Virus record (IMG/VR): IMGVR_UViG_3300037420_000101
Span: 1 to 37,644 of that record
Length of the DNA stretch: 37,644 nucleotides
Direction: 5' to 3' (one strand)
DNA from: a virus
Lineage: Duplodnaviria; Caudoviricetes
Shown here: positions 23,843-32,394 of the stretch, piece after piece
How the letters are laid out: every line of letters begins with the position of its first letter
Position numbering within the stretch: the first letter of the stretch is position 1
Notes under the pieces: generated by a model
Databases searched by the model: none
What the model was told of the DNA's origin: nothing
Seen by the model: only the letters and a program-made list of their open reading frames with translations
Made by a program: the position numbers and the translations under genes

Positions 23843-24589
23843 ATGCTAATCGGTTCTAAGGCAGCAAAGATTTGGTTCCCGGATTTTCGAGAGCCTAAGG
23901 ATGAGGACCATTTCTCTCCTGACCCTGACCTTCCCGGTGACAATTTCTGGCACGACTCTTTCCCCTCCGAATGGGCAGAGAACATCACTGCCAAGCCTGA
24001 GATGCTTTACACAATCAAGGTTAGCCACTCTCCGTGGGCATTGCAGAATGGCTCATGGGAGAAGCACATGGGCGACATTTTGTTCTACCAGCACAATGGT
24101 GTAGAATACGACCGGGCTGCATGGGAAATTCTTCACCCTGTGTGGAAGGAAGTACACGGTCAGAAGAGAGTCAATCTTAACAAGACCAAGGAAGACTTCT
24201 TCGGAGACGCGGTTGTCAGAAAGTATGACCACGATTCCCTACATGACAGCGTTGCATATGGTGACGAAGCCATGTATATTCGTATCCTGAAGGAAGGCTC
24301 TGATGTCCTTGTTGACAACAACAAGTTCTGGGCAATGAGCCGCGAAGACAAGCTCAAGACTATCCGTGAGGAAGTCTACGCGACAGCACTTGAGCGTTGG
24401 GTAATCCCTTCTGATTACCGGATTAGCCCGCGAATGGCCTACGCTAAGGCCATGAAGAAGTCCATTACGTCGCTGTTCAAGAATGAATGGGCTTTGTTCA
24501 TTATCTTGAACTACAAAGACCTTTACAAGCCTGACTTTGACTACGTAGCGCAACATCGTAGCAAGTCACACAAACTAATTCTTCTCTGA
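23843..24589 (+). CDS. putative nucleotidyltransferase-fold protein
   Basis: N-terminal LIGS...KDED (GS...DxD), later LYTIKVSH, FFGDAV..KYDHDSLH, EEVYATALER; AGGAG RBS. Confidence 0.6.
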   Translation: MLIGSKAAKIWFPDFREPKDEDHFSPDPDLPGDNFWHDSFPSEWAENITAKPEMLYTIKVSHSPWALQNGSWEKHMGDILFYQHNGVEYDRAAWEILHPVWKEVHGQKRVNLNKTKEDFFGDAVVRKYDHDSLHDSVAYGDEAMYIRILKEGSDVLVDNNKFWAMSREDKLKTIREEVYATALERWVIPSDYRISPRMAYAKAMKKSITSLFKNEWALFIILNYKDLYKPDFDYVAQHRSKSHKLILL

Positions 24590-24598
24590 AAGGAAGTA

Positions 24599-24907
24599 AT
24601 GTACGCATCAGACAATTGGGACGCCATGTTCACCAGGGGACTTGGCTCTCAGCACAAGGTTGTTCCGCTGGCTCAGGGGACAGAGGCCATTGTTGTGGAG
24701 CGCCACGAGCGTCCGACTGACGGATATGGAGATTACCTCCAAAGTGATGACGAGATTTACGTCATCTTTCAGGTTGGCGACCGGTTCTTCAAGAAGACCG
24801 GTAGGATGGACTCCTACGATGAAATTCGCACCTGGGATGGTCCCGTTACAGAGGTATTCGGTGAGACCAAGCAGGTTACTGTCTTCGTTCCTAAGGGTCA
24901 CCGATGA
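24599..24907 (+). CDS. small acidic protein, KTG..xSY..WDG paralogue 1
   Basis: FQVGDRFFKKTGRMDSYDEIRTWDGPVTEV. Confidence 0.75.
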   Translation: MYASDNWDAMFTRGLGSQHKVVPLAQGTEAIVVERHERPTDGYGDYLQSDDEIYVIFQVGDRFFKKTGRMDSYDEIRTWDGPVTEVFGETKQVTVFVPKGHR

Positions 24908-25182
24908 ACTTCACGCTGACAGACCTAGATTGCGCCATTAACTGGTATTATCTCCACTACGAGGAGGATGAAGTTTCGACTCCGTACGGCTTGGTGGAGA
25001 TTGTCGAAGAGAACCAGCGCGGCGAGAACAACGAAGGCGAGCTTTACAAGGTCGTCCGTCTGAATGGGGAAACATTCAAGAAGACCGGCTATTACCAGTC
25101 ATACGAAGGGGCTGTCTGGGACGGTCCACTCGTGCAGGTCGAAAAGCGCGAGGTTCTACGAAAGGAATGGGTAGAGATTTGA
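24904..25182 (+). CDS. small acidic protein, paralogue 2
   Basis: FKKTGYYQSYEGAVWDGPLVQV. Confidence 0.75.
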   Translation: MNFTLTDLDCAINWYYLHYEEDEVSTPYGLVEIVEENQRGENNEGELYKVVRLNGETFKKTGYYQSYEGAVWDGPLVQVEKREVLRKEWVEI

Positions 25183-25529
25183 GCATCACTGTAGAGCAGT
25201 TCGAGGCGGCTCTTGAAAATGGTGTAGAGTACGAGTGGACCACTTGGAAGGACGAGAAGGTCACTGATACTTTTGACGAAAGTAGCTTCTGGCATGAGGG
25301 TTATGACAACAGCCCACTAGAGCTTCCTGGCGTCGGCACCGCTGTCTACGTTGACGGTGAGCACGGTGGCGAGGGAAGTGCTGAGTACATCTGGCAGGTT
25401 TGGCAGATTGGCGACCAGTACTTCCGTAAGACCGGTTACTATGTGTCTTACGACGGCAGCAATTGGGACGGCTCTCTTGAAGAGGTTGTTCCTTTTGAGA
25501 AGACTGTTACGGATTGGAAGACCAAGTGA
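25179..25529 (+). CDS. small acidic protein, paralogue 3
   Basis: HGGEG...IGDQYFRKTGYYVSYDGSNWDGSLEEV. Confidence 0.75.
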   Translation: MSITVEQFEAALENGVEYEWTTWKDEKVTDTFDESSFWHEGYDNSPLELPGVGTAVYVDGEHGGEGSAEYIWQVWQIGDQYFRKTGYYVSYDGSNWDGSLEEVVPFEKTVTDWKTK

Positions 25530-25993
25530 CTTATCTGTCTGAAAGCGCCATTAAGGCGGCTATTGATGAGTGGGCTGAGTCTCAGGTTGACGACAGTATT
25601 GCCGAATCAATCGAGCGAAACAAGGAGTACAACGAGAAGTACGCCAACGACACCACTCCACGTTATGGCAGCTACCGACGCCCGGTCTATCCAACTGAAG
25701 TAGAGCAGTTTGACCGCGAAGAAATTCGTGATGAGATTGCCGAGGAGTTCTACAATGAGATGCCTAAAGAGGGCATTGAATTGCCGGGTCTTGGTTTGGT
25801 GACCCTTGTCGATGAGTACGGTGGTGAAGGTCAAGGCGAGGATTACTGGAGAATCTTCAAGATTGGTGACAATTTCTACAAGGCCGACCACTACTACGCC
25901 TCTTACGGAGAGAGTGAGCCTTGGCAGTCTGAGTGCACGATTTTCCCGGTTGTCGGTAAGCAGGTAATGGTTACCAAGTGGGTAAAACCCTAG
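25526..25993 (+). CDS. small acidic protein, paralogue 4
   Basis: YGGEGQGE...IGDNFYKADHYYASYGESEPW. Confidence 0.75.
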   Translation: MTYLSESAIKAAIDEWAESQVDDSIAESIERNKEYNEKYANDTTPRYGSYRRPVYPTEVEQFDREEIRDEIAEEFYNEMPKEGIELPGLGLVTLVDEYGGEGQGEDYWRIFKIGDNFYKADHYYASYGESEPWQSECTIFPVVGKQVMVTKWVKP

Positions 25994-26023
25994 TTGACAG
26001 TCCCAAAACGGACATGCTAGAAT
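25994..26023 (+). promoter_or_regulatory. sigma70/HrdB-type promoter
   Basis: TTGACA-N18-TAGAAT. Confidence 0.75.
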
Positions 26024-26075
26024 AGAAGTACTTCGGGGGAAAGGCACAGGCTACGGTCATCTTTCCCCTGAACAT

Positions 26076-26158
26076 GCGGATATGGTGAAATGGCAGACAC
26101 GCTGCGCTTAGAACGCAGTGCCCGAGAGGGCGTGCAGGTTCGACTCCTGTTATCCGTA
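26076..26158 (+). tRNA. tRNA-Leu(TAG)
   Basis: Cloverleaf with variable arm; CTGCG-CTTAGAA-CGCAG. Confidence 0.93.
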
Positions 26159-26229
26159 CTTGACGGTAAGGTGCAAAGAAGTAATGACCCGGAGAAAGTA
26201 AAGTGAGTCGCAGTCTCACGCCGTCATAT

Positions 26230-26303
26230 TGGGGAATCGTCTAATGGCAGGACGCAGGATTTTGGTTCCTGCTGTGTGGGTTCGAATCCTACTTCCCCAG
26301 CCA
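26230..26303 (+). tRNA. tRNA-Gln(TTG)
   Basis: Cloverleaf; CAGGA-TTTTGGT-TCCTG; CCA. Confidence 0.92.
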
Positions 26304-26304
26304 A

Positions 26305-26376
26305 GCGTCCATAGCTCAGAGGAAGAGCGGTTGTCTTACACACAACAGGTCGGGATTTCGAAATTCTCTGGACGCA
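26305..26376 (+). tRNA. tRNA-Val(TAC)
   Basis: Cloverleaf; GTTGT-CTTACAC-ACAAC. Confidence 0.9.
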
Positions 26377-26492
26377 CGTTGATAATACCGGCAAAGTACC
26401 CGTTAGGGCGGGGAAGCTGGCGGGATGCGGGTGACCCTAATCGCTCAATTACCGGAGTCTGAGCCTGATAAGCAGGACCGTAAAGGCATCAT

Positions 26493-26564
26493 GGATGGTT
26501 AATTCAGCGGTAGAATGCTTGCTCGACACGCAAGTCGTCGGGGGTTCGATTCCCTCACCATCCA
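26493..26564 (+). tRNA. tRNA-Val(GAC)
   Basis: Cloverleaf; CTTGC-TCGACAC-GCAAG (C at position 33). Confidence 0.88.
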
Positions 26565-26662
26565 CTCTGAGAATAAAATGGCAAAGAACACCTCAAGTTC
26601 CGGTACGACTATCGCACAAGGGCGGGGCTACGTAATTCAAAAGCCGGAATGATTCTCAGTAT

Positions 26663-26745
26663 GGCGACTTGGCGTAACGGCAGCCGCGCTGCACTCAAAA
26701 TGCAGTCTCAGAAATGGGGTGTGGGTTCGACTCCCACAGTCGCTA
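26663..26745 (+). tRNA. tRNA-Leu(CAA)
   Basis: Cloverleaf with variable arm; CTGCA-CTCAAAA-TGCAG. Confidence 0.92.
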
Positions 26746-26825
26746 CTTATGAGAAATCCATGGGAACCACACGACGACCCGTCACAACTACCAGCACCAC
26801 CACCTCCTCCACCGCCACGTCCGCG

Positions 26826-26855
26826 TTGACAGGCTAGAGTCTTATAGGATATGAT
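26826..26855 (+). promoter_or_regulatory. sigma70/HrdB-type promoter
   Basis: TTGACA-N18-TATGAT. Confidence 0.7.
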
Positions 26856-26861
26856 GTAAGA

Positions 26862-27062
26862 ATGAGTACTTATATCAAGCCTGGCTATCGATTGATGGAT
26901 AGGGCTTATCTCCGAGATGGTGACCTAGTTCATACTGGCGAACCGTTGCTCATTGCGCTACTATTGCATGCAAAGGGCAAGACAAACCGGGGTCAAGAAG
27001 AGATTGACCACGTAGCCAGACTAATGAAAGACCCGAACCGAAAGAACCGTCACTCTAAGTAG
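26862..27062 (+). CDS. hypothetical protein (possibly leaderless)
   Basis: ATG 7 nt after the -10 box. Confidence 0.55.
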   Translation: MSTYIKPGYRLMDRAYLRDGDLVHTGEPLLIALLLHAKGKTNRGQEEIDHVARLMKDPNRKNRHSK

Positions 27063-27073
27063 TGGCGGTTTTT
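27045..27073 (+). terminator. intrinsic terminator
   Basis: AACCGTCACT/AGTGGCGGTT + T run. Confidence 0.7.
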
Positions 27074-27087
27074 GCATTGGAGAATAA

Positions 27088-27354
27088 ATGAGTGATTTCA
27101 AGATGCCGGAACTTCCAGAGGGGTTCCGCTGGAATGTTAAGCTCAGGCAAATGAGGTCAGGGCTGTGGGTTTACAAGGTTTCCTTGCAGAAGAAGAGTCG
27201 TCCCTTCGGATTCTGGGATGATGTATGGGTAAGAGATACCGCTGACGCAACAGACACTAGCTTGATTATGACGGCAACCCAGATTATAGACGGCTACGAT
27301 AATTGGCTTAGAGCTAAGGCGAGGGAGGGAATCTATGGCGACAATTCAGATTGA
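27088..27354 (+). CDS. hypothetical protein
   Basis: GGAG RBS; MPELPEGFRW start. Confidence 0.7.
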   Translation: MSDFKMPELPEGFRWNVKLRQMRSGLWVYKVSLQKKSRPFGFWDDVWVRDTADATDTSLIMTATQIIDGYDNWLRAKAREGIYGDNSD

Positions 27355-27589
27355 CAGAAGTAGTTCAACCTGTCTAAGCTGTCACAGAGGAGCCAGACCA
27401 AGCGAGAATGGTCACATCACGATTGCAGAATACTCTGAGCGCTCCGGTGAGCCCGGTTGCGGAGAGTCATGGACTGCTGTTAGAATCAACTACACGCCTT
27501 CCACGGGTGGATTCGTCTTCGAGAATTTGCGGGGACTTCCAATGGAAGGCTTTCTTATTGAACCGGGTAGTACGTACCCACCGGAGTAA
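27335..27589 (+). CDS. hypothetical protein
   Basis: GGAGG RBS; CxxC. Confidence 0.6.
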   Translation: MATIQIDRSSSTCLSCHRGARPSENGHITIAEYSERSGEPGCGESWTAVRINYTPSTGGFVFENLRGLPMEGFLIEPGSTYPPE

Positions 27590-27598
27590 AGGAGCATA

Positions 27599-29515
27599 AT
27601 GCGTCCAGCACCACTAGACATTGCACGGCAGGGAGATTTGGGTGGTCAGCGTATTGGAATGACGCTCGACACCAATAGCCTTTCCCACATTATGAGCGTA
27701 TTGACCGACCTTTATTCGGACCCGGTTAGCGCAATCATCCGTGAGTACAGCACCAATGCCCGCGATGCTCATATCGACGCTGGCAAAGCAGATGTTCCGA
27801 TTGAGGTTCACAGTCCTAGTGCACTTAGCCCGTTCTTCAAAATCCGGGATTTCGGAAAGGGAATGTCTGTAGACTTCATTGAGAACGTCTACTCCCAATA
27901 CGGTAACTCAACCAAGCGCGATACCAACACTCAGGTCGGCATGCTTGGTCTCGGCGGTAAGTCTGGCCTGACTTACACGGCTCAGTTCCGGATTGTGTCA
28001 ATTCACAACGGTGTCAAAATCCAGATTATGGTGAGTAAGTCTGAGGACGGCTCTGGCGTAATGGAGATTGTCGATACGTCCATCACTGATGAGCCGTCCG
28101 GTGTTGAAATCATCATTCCGGTCAAGTACACTAATGACTTCACAAACAAGGTGTCTCACTTTTTCAAGTACTGGACTCCGGGTACCGTCCTTGTTGACGA
28201 CAAGCAGCCGGAATTCATCGGAGACCACAAGGATGCTTTGTGGGTCACTGACAACATTGTCGCTCTTCCCGGTCAGGGTACATCGTACGTAGTTATGGGA
28301 AATGTTCCCTACAAGGCCGACGGTCTTGCCGAACACTACGGCGATTATCACTTGGTAGCCTTTGTCGAGATTGGTGATGTGGCATTTCCTCCGAACCGCG
28401 AGGAATTGATGTACACCGCCGAGACCAAGGAGACAATCTCCAAGCTGTCGGCAGAGGCTAAGGCAGGAATTGCTAACCAAATCCAGGCCGAGATTGACGC
28501 CCAGCCCACCTACCTTGACGCTCTCAAAACTCATGACAAGCGTTCATTCATGATTTCTCACAACTACACCTACAAGGGTGAGGAACTGAAGCAGACGTGG
28601 GAATTCAATTACGGTGAAGCGCCGGAAGCGATGTCTTTCGCTCACACTCATGAGCGTCATGCTGTAACATTCCCTAGGTACATCGACTGGAAGAACTTCT
28701 CTCAATACCTGACAATCACCGGGTTTACTGGAGAGAAGCTTCCCACGAACTACCGGCAGAAGATTCGTCACTACATTGAGAACCTTCCCGCAGGCGAGCG
28801 TCCGTACAAGGTCTTCCTGATGGAGAAGCATCCTGACAAGGAGCGCCTTGGCGAAATTCGGACGGTGCCCTTTGAGACTATCAAGGCTATCAAGCTAGTT
28901 CGTGCAAAGTCTGACAAGAAGGTTGTTGAGTACAACACTCTGACTTTGCACGGCTACACGACAACCAAGGCTGACTTGGATAACACCAAGGATGTCTTGT
29001 ACATTGTGCCTGGTCGCCGGAAGATTAAGTGGAAGAACCTCACCACTATCCTCAAGGATTACGAGGTTGTAGTCCTGTACAAGCACGAGCTTGACAAGTT
29101 CAAGAAAGCCAACCCTGACTCTGAGAACTTGGAGCAGTGGATTAAGGACAAGGTAATGTTCTCGAAGGCTGGACTTACCAAGGCCGACAGGCGTAGAATG
29201 ACTGATGTAGACTACTACTCCAGAGTCAACGCTCAGAAGCTTGACCCCACTCGCATTGACGACCCTGAGATGGTTGCATTCATCAATGCGTGCAATGCGA
29301 AGCAGGAACCGCTCACCGACACCATGAAAGATTGGTACACGGCGTGTGAATTTGCTAGGGCAATCGAGTACGCTCATGGAGACATTAAGTCGGAAGAGAT
29401 TACCGACCCATTCGACAAGTACCCGCTTGCTAAGGGTCACTGTGGCGGCAATAAAGAGCATGTCTACACGTACATGAATGCAATTTACCAGAAGGAGAAG
29501 AACAATCAAGTATAA
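27599..29515 (+). CDS. rIIA: rIIA-like protein (GHKL/Hsp90-type ATPase N-terminus)
   Basis: LYSDP..AIIREYSTNARDAH, IRDFGKGMS, STK, GMLGLGGKS, PPNREEL. Confidence 0.88.
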   Translation: MRPAPLDIARQGDLGGQRIGMTLDTNSLSHIMSVLTDLYSDPVSAIIREYSTNARDAHIDAGKADVPIEVHSPSALSPFFKIRDFGKGMSVDFIENVYSQYGNSTKRDTNTQVGMLGLGGKSGLTYTAQFRIVSIHNGVKIQIMVSKSEDGSGVMEIVDTSITDEPSGVEIIIPVKYTNDFTNKVSHFFKYWTPGTVLVDDKQPEFIGDHKDALWVTDNIVALPGQGTSYVVMGNVPYKADGLAEHYGDYHLVAFVEIGDVAFPPNREELMYTAETKETISKLSAEAKAGIANQIQAEIDAQPTYLDALKTHDKRSFMISHNYTYKGEELKQTWEFNYGEAPEAMSFAHTHERHAVTFPRYIDWKNFSQYLTITGFTGEKLPTNYRQKIRHYIENLPAGERPYKVFLMEKHPDKERLGEIRTVPFETIKAIKLVRAKSDKKVVEYNTLTLHGYTTTKADLDNTKDVLYIVPGRRKIKWKNLTTILKDYEVVVLYKHELDKFKKANPDSENLEQWIKDKVMFSKAGLTKADRRRMTDVDYYSRVNAQKLDPTRIDDPEMVAFINACNAKQEPLTDTMKDWYTACEFARAIEYAHGDIKSEEITDPFDKYPLAKGHCGGNKEHVYTYMNAIYQKEKNNQV

Positions 29516-30428
29516 TCTTGTAAGCGTTGGCAATGAGTCCAGCGTCACCGCGTTTATCGACGGTGAGATGTACGTTGCAAATCAGGACCACAAGAATTGG
29601 GACGCCATTGTTGCCGGGGTTACTTCTGGTGATGAGTCTGTTGCCCGACTCTTTGACCCGGCTGATGAGGTGGCAAAGCGATTCGAGCGTTTGACCGACA
29701 GAATCTCTGTTGCCAATGGCAAGGTCTACTTCGACGGTGACCACATTGACAACACTGTGACTGACCAGATTCTTCGATTCTTGGAGGCTGATGAGGACTT
29801 TATGCCTCTGGTCAACTTCCTAGACAAGGTGTCTCTCAACCCTGAGCCTCACAGCCGTGAGCAGCTTTACGGTTGGGTCAAGGCGCGTCCGTCAATCACG
29901 ATTACCTCTGACGGTGACCTTGTTGCCTACAAGGGTCTCTACGTTGAGGATGATGAGGACGGAGTTGTCTACAAGTCATGGCACTCTGGTACGGCAATCG
30001 TCAATGGCGAGTTGTTCGAGAACCAGCAGATTCCTCAGCGAATCGGTGACACGGTTGAGATGCCGCGTAGCGAGGTTGAATTCAACCCTGCCGAGGGATG
30101 CTCGACTGGTCTGCACGCCGGAACCTTCGACTATGCCCGTGGTTACGGAAATGGGCGTGTGAAGGTTGCCATCAACCCGCGTGATGTTGTCTCTGTGCCG
30201 ACTGAGCACAATGAGGCGAAGATTCGCGTCTGTCGATACGTCGTAATTGACGTTGCCGATGAGGAGGTCAGCGCTCCTCTGCTCAAGTCCGATTACGCCA
30301 ATGTCGTTGGTGAAATGGACGAGGACGACTTCGACACTTTGTACTGTGAGAATTGTGGTGACGATGACCACGAGTACTACGAGTGCCCAGAGTACGATGA
30401 AGACGACGACGAAGATGACGACTACTGA
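29478..30428 (+). CDS. rIIB: rIIB-like protein
   Basis: NP.PHSREQLY, ITSDGDLVAYK, EMPRSEV, CSTGLHAG, INPRDVVSVP...KIRVCRY; follows rIIA; acidic tail. Confidence 0.88.
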   Translation: MQFTRRRRTIKYNLVSVGNESSVTAFIDGEMYVANQDHKNWDAIVAGVTSGDESVARLFDPADEVAKRFERLTDRISVANGKVYFDGDHIDNTVTDQILRFLEADEDFMPLVNFLDKVSLNPEPHSREQLYGWVKARPSITITSDGDLVAYKGLYVEDDEDGVVYKSWHSGTAIVNGELFENQQIPQRIGDTVEMPRSEVEFNPAEGCSTGLHAGTFDYARGYGNGRVKVAINPRDVVSVPTEHNEAKIRVCRYVVIDVADEEVSAPLLKSDYANVVGEMDEDDFDTLYCENCGDDDHEYYECPEYDEDDDEDDDY

Positions 30429-30591
30429 GCCTGATAAGGCTGAGAGTGTGATGGGGGAGTCGCCTAGCGCTCCCCCTAAGCACTACTACGCATCTCAAGA
30501 AGCCATTTGCTCAAGGTGCGGTCGTCATGTAGACTTGTGCAAACACGGCAAGGAAGGTATCAACGAAAACGACTGGGTTTAAGGAGGCGAA

Positions 30592-31359
30592 ATGAAGGTG
30601 CTCGTAGCAGGCGATTGGCACGGCAACACCAAGCACGCCATTAATATGGTGAAGGAGGCGGCAAAAGCCGGGGCTAAGAAGATTGTCCAAGTAGGAGATT
30701 TTGGCCTCTGGACTCACTACGAGGACGGCATTCGCTTCCTAGACCAGTTGAATGAAGCTGCCCGTCGAGAAGGCGTAAAGATTTACGCTGTCGGCGGAAA
30801 CCATGAGAATTGGGACCACTGGGATTGGTTCGTAAAGAACATGCCAAAGTCATATCACGGCTTTGCATATCTGCGGTCTCACGTCTTGCTAGCTCCCCGC
30901 GTCCATTACTGGGGTTGGGAAGGCAAGAAATTCCTCATGGTAGCCGGGGCTGTCTCGGTAGATAAGCAGTGGCGAGTTGAGGGCCAGACTTGGTGGCGGA
31001 ATGAGGAAGTCACCGACGAGATGGTTGACTCCATCCAAGGCAAGGTTGACTACCTAGTCACTCATGACTGTTCTAACAGGACTCCATGGAAGGGCCGACT
31101 CAAGCCTGACATGGACAGTCTGGCTAACCGGCAGCGTATTGACGCGATTTTGGGCCGGGTTAAGCCAGAGATGCACTTCCACGGACATATGCACACCCGA
31201 TATGTCTGGGAGAACCTTGTTGCAGACAATCATTACACCAAGACAATTGGTTTGGATATGGATGGGACATGGGATAGTTGGGGAATTCTCGACATTAATA
31301 CCGGAGAATTTCTCTTTAGAAACGAATTCAAGGTAGAATGGAATGGATTGGGTACCTAG
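30592..31359 (+). CDS. calcineurin-like metallophosphoesterase
   Basis: GDWHG, VGDFG, GNHE, THD, HGHMH motifs. Confidence 0.9.
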   Translation: MKVLVAGDWHGNTKHAINMVKEAAKAGAKKIVQVGDFGLWTHYEDGIRFLDQLNEAARREGVKIYAVGGNHENWDHWDWFVKNMPKSYHGFAYLRSHVLLAPRVHYWGWEGKKFLMVAGAVSVDKQWRVEGQTWWRNEEVTDEMVDSIQGKVDYLVTHDCSNRTPWKGRLKPDMDSLANRQRIDAILGRVKPEMHFHGHMHTRYVWENLVADNHYTKTIGLDMDGTWDSWGILDINTGEFLFRNEFKVEWNGLGT

Positions 31360-31396
31360 CTAGGGTGCAATCTATTCTTAAGGAGGTGTAACACAT

Positions 31397-31717
31397 ATGG
31401 CAGATGACAAGAAGAAGGACTACGACTACTCCGGTCTTCTAGCTCCAGAGGAGCGTGGAAACAAGGTTGACGAGGAGGCCGCTGAGCGAGCCGCTGAGGC
31501 TGGTAAGGTAGCTCCAGAGTACGTTGACTACGAGGCCGCTCTTGAGAACTACGAGAGCCGTCCAGACGTTGAGACTCTAGAGCAGCGTCGTGCCCGTGAG
31601 AACGGAACCTCTTTCGCAGACGCAGCTTTCCGTCGTGAGGTTGGTCAGGCTCAGGAAGGTGGAGTCGTAACCTCAGACCAGGCAACTGGTGACGAGAAGA
31701 CGAACGACAAGAAGTGA
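31397..31717 (+). CDS. hypothetical acidic protein
   Basis: AAGGAGG RBS; strong codon bias. Confidence 0.7.
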   Translation: MADDKKKDYDYSGLLAPEERGNKVDEEAAERAAEAGKVAPEYVDYEAALENYESRPDVETLEQRRARENGTSFADAAFRREVGQAQEGGVVTSDQATGDEKTNDKK

Positions 31718-31734
31718 GTCTAGTCTTAGACTGT

Positions 31735-31768
31735 AAGAGAGGGGACTTGCAAAAGTCCCCTCTCTTTT
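31735..31768 (+). terminator. intrinsic terminator overlapping a -35 box
   Basis: AAGAGAGGGGACTT/AAGTCCCCTCTCTT + T run. Confidence 0.8.
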
Positions 31769-31776
31769 GCTACAAT
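31747..31776 (+). promoter_or_regulatory. promoter of the RNase P RNA / tRNA-Thr unit
   Basis: TTGCAA-N18-TACAAT; predicted +1 coincides with the P1 5' end. Confidence 0.65.
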
Positions 31777-31781
31777 AATCT

Positions 31782-32047
31782 TAACAAAGCATGATGCGAG
31801 CGCTGGGAAGCTAGACTTCCTAGAGGACAAGTTCGGGGCTCCCAGAATGAAAGCCATGTGGTACGGCCACTAAGCCTAGTTTAAGACGCAGGGTGAGGAC
31901 GGGAGCAACCTCAAGCAGACATCCGGTTTCATTCCCAATAGGATGTCGGGTAGAGGGCAGCGATGGAGGCAACAAAATCGCCGGGTTCGTAAGAGCCTGA
32001 GACAGATGCTTGCACTAGACAGAACCCCGGCTATTATTGCTTTGTTA
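31782..32047 (+). ncRNA. rnpB: RNase P RNA (compact, reduced S-domain)
   Basis: CR-I GAGGACAAGTTCGGGGCTCC, GGGAGCAA, L15 GGT, CR-IV AGACAGAT, CR-V ACAGAACCCCGGCTA; P1, P2, P3, P4, P5, P6, P15, P16, P18 pairings all present. Confidence 0.87.
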
Positions 32048-32048
32048 T

Positions 32049-32123
32049 GCCCGCTTGGCTCAATGGTAGAGCGCAATCTTGGTAAGATTGAGGTCGTGGG
32101 TCCGATTCCCACAGTGGGCTCCA
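32049..32123 (+). tRNA. tRNA-Thr(GGT)
   Basis: Cloverleaf; CAATC-TTGGTAA-GATTG; CCA. Confidence 0.92.
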
Positions 32124-32236
32124 AGTGTGTTAAGGTAACGCCTAATGGCACACTGGTGAGGGGTATTCCATATAACCCCCGGTGATGAAGGTTTCTAGGC
32201 CCTTCATCTCGCATTCTGTCCGTCAAGCAGAGTTTT

Positions 32237-32311
32237 GCCCGATTGGTTGTAGTGGTAACACATCTCCTTCGTAACGAGAATTCGCCAGTTCGATTCTGGC
32301 ATCGGGCTCCA
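32237..32311 (+). tRNA. tRNA-Thr(CGT)
   Basis: Cloverleaf; loop TTCGTAA; CCA. Confidence 0.88.
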
Positions 32312-32312
32312 C

Positions 32313-32339
32313 CCCGGCAATCAACATTGCCGGGTTTTT
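32313..32339 (+). terminator. intrinsic terminator
   Basis: CCCGGCAAT/ATTGCCGGG + TTTTT. Confidence 0.8.
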
Positions 32340-32364
32340 GTTTGCCAAACGGTCAAACAAACGC

Positions 32365-32394
32365 TTGACTCTCATGTTAAGCACATGTTAATAT
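32365..32394 (+). promoter_or_regulatory. sigma70/HrdB-type promoter
   Basis: TTGACT-N18-TAATAT. Confidence 0.6.

Noticed and set aside
26399-26445. Pistol ribozyme (CCCG-TTAGGG-CGGG with downstream CCCTAA)
   Set aside because: The pseudoknot pairing is present but the conserved AAA linker, the GCG after the knot and P2/P3 are not evident; kept only as a possible generic pseudoknot
26459-26472. CTGAGCCTGATAAG repeated at 30425; possible hammerhead core
   Set aside because: Only a 14-nt match; CTGATAA is not CTGANGA and there is no suitably placed GAAA
28895-29548. Long minus-strand ORFs opposite rIIA/rIIB and other genes
   Set aside because: Antisense shadows produced by codon bias of the + strand genes
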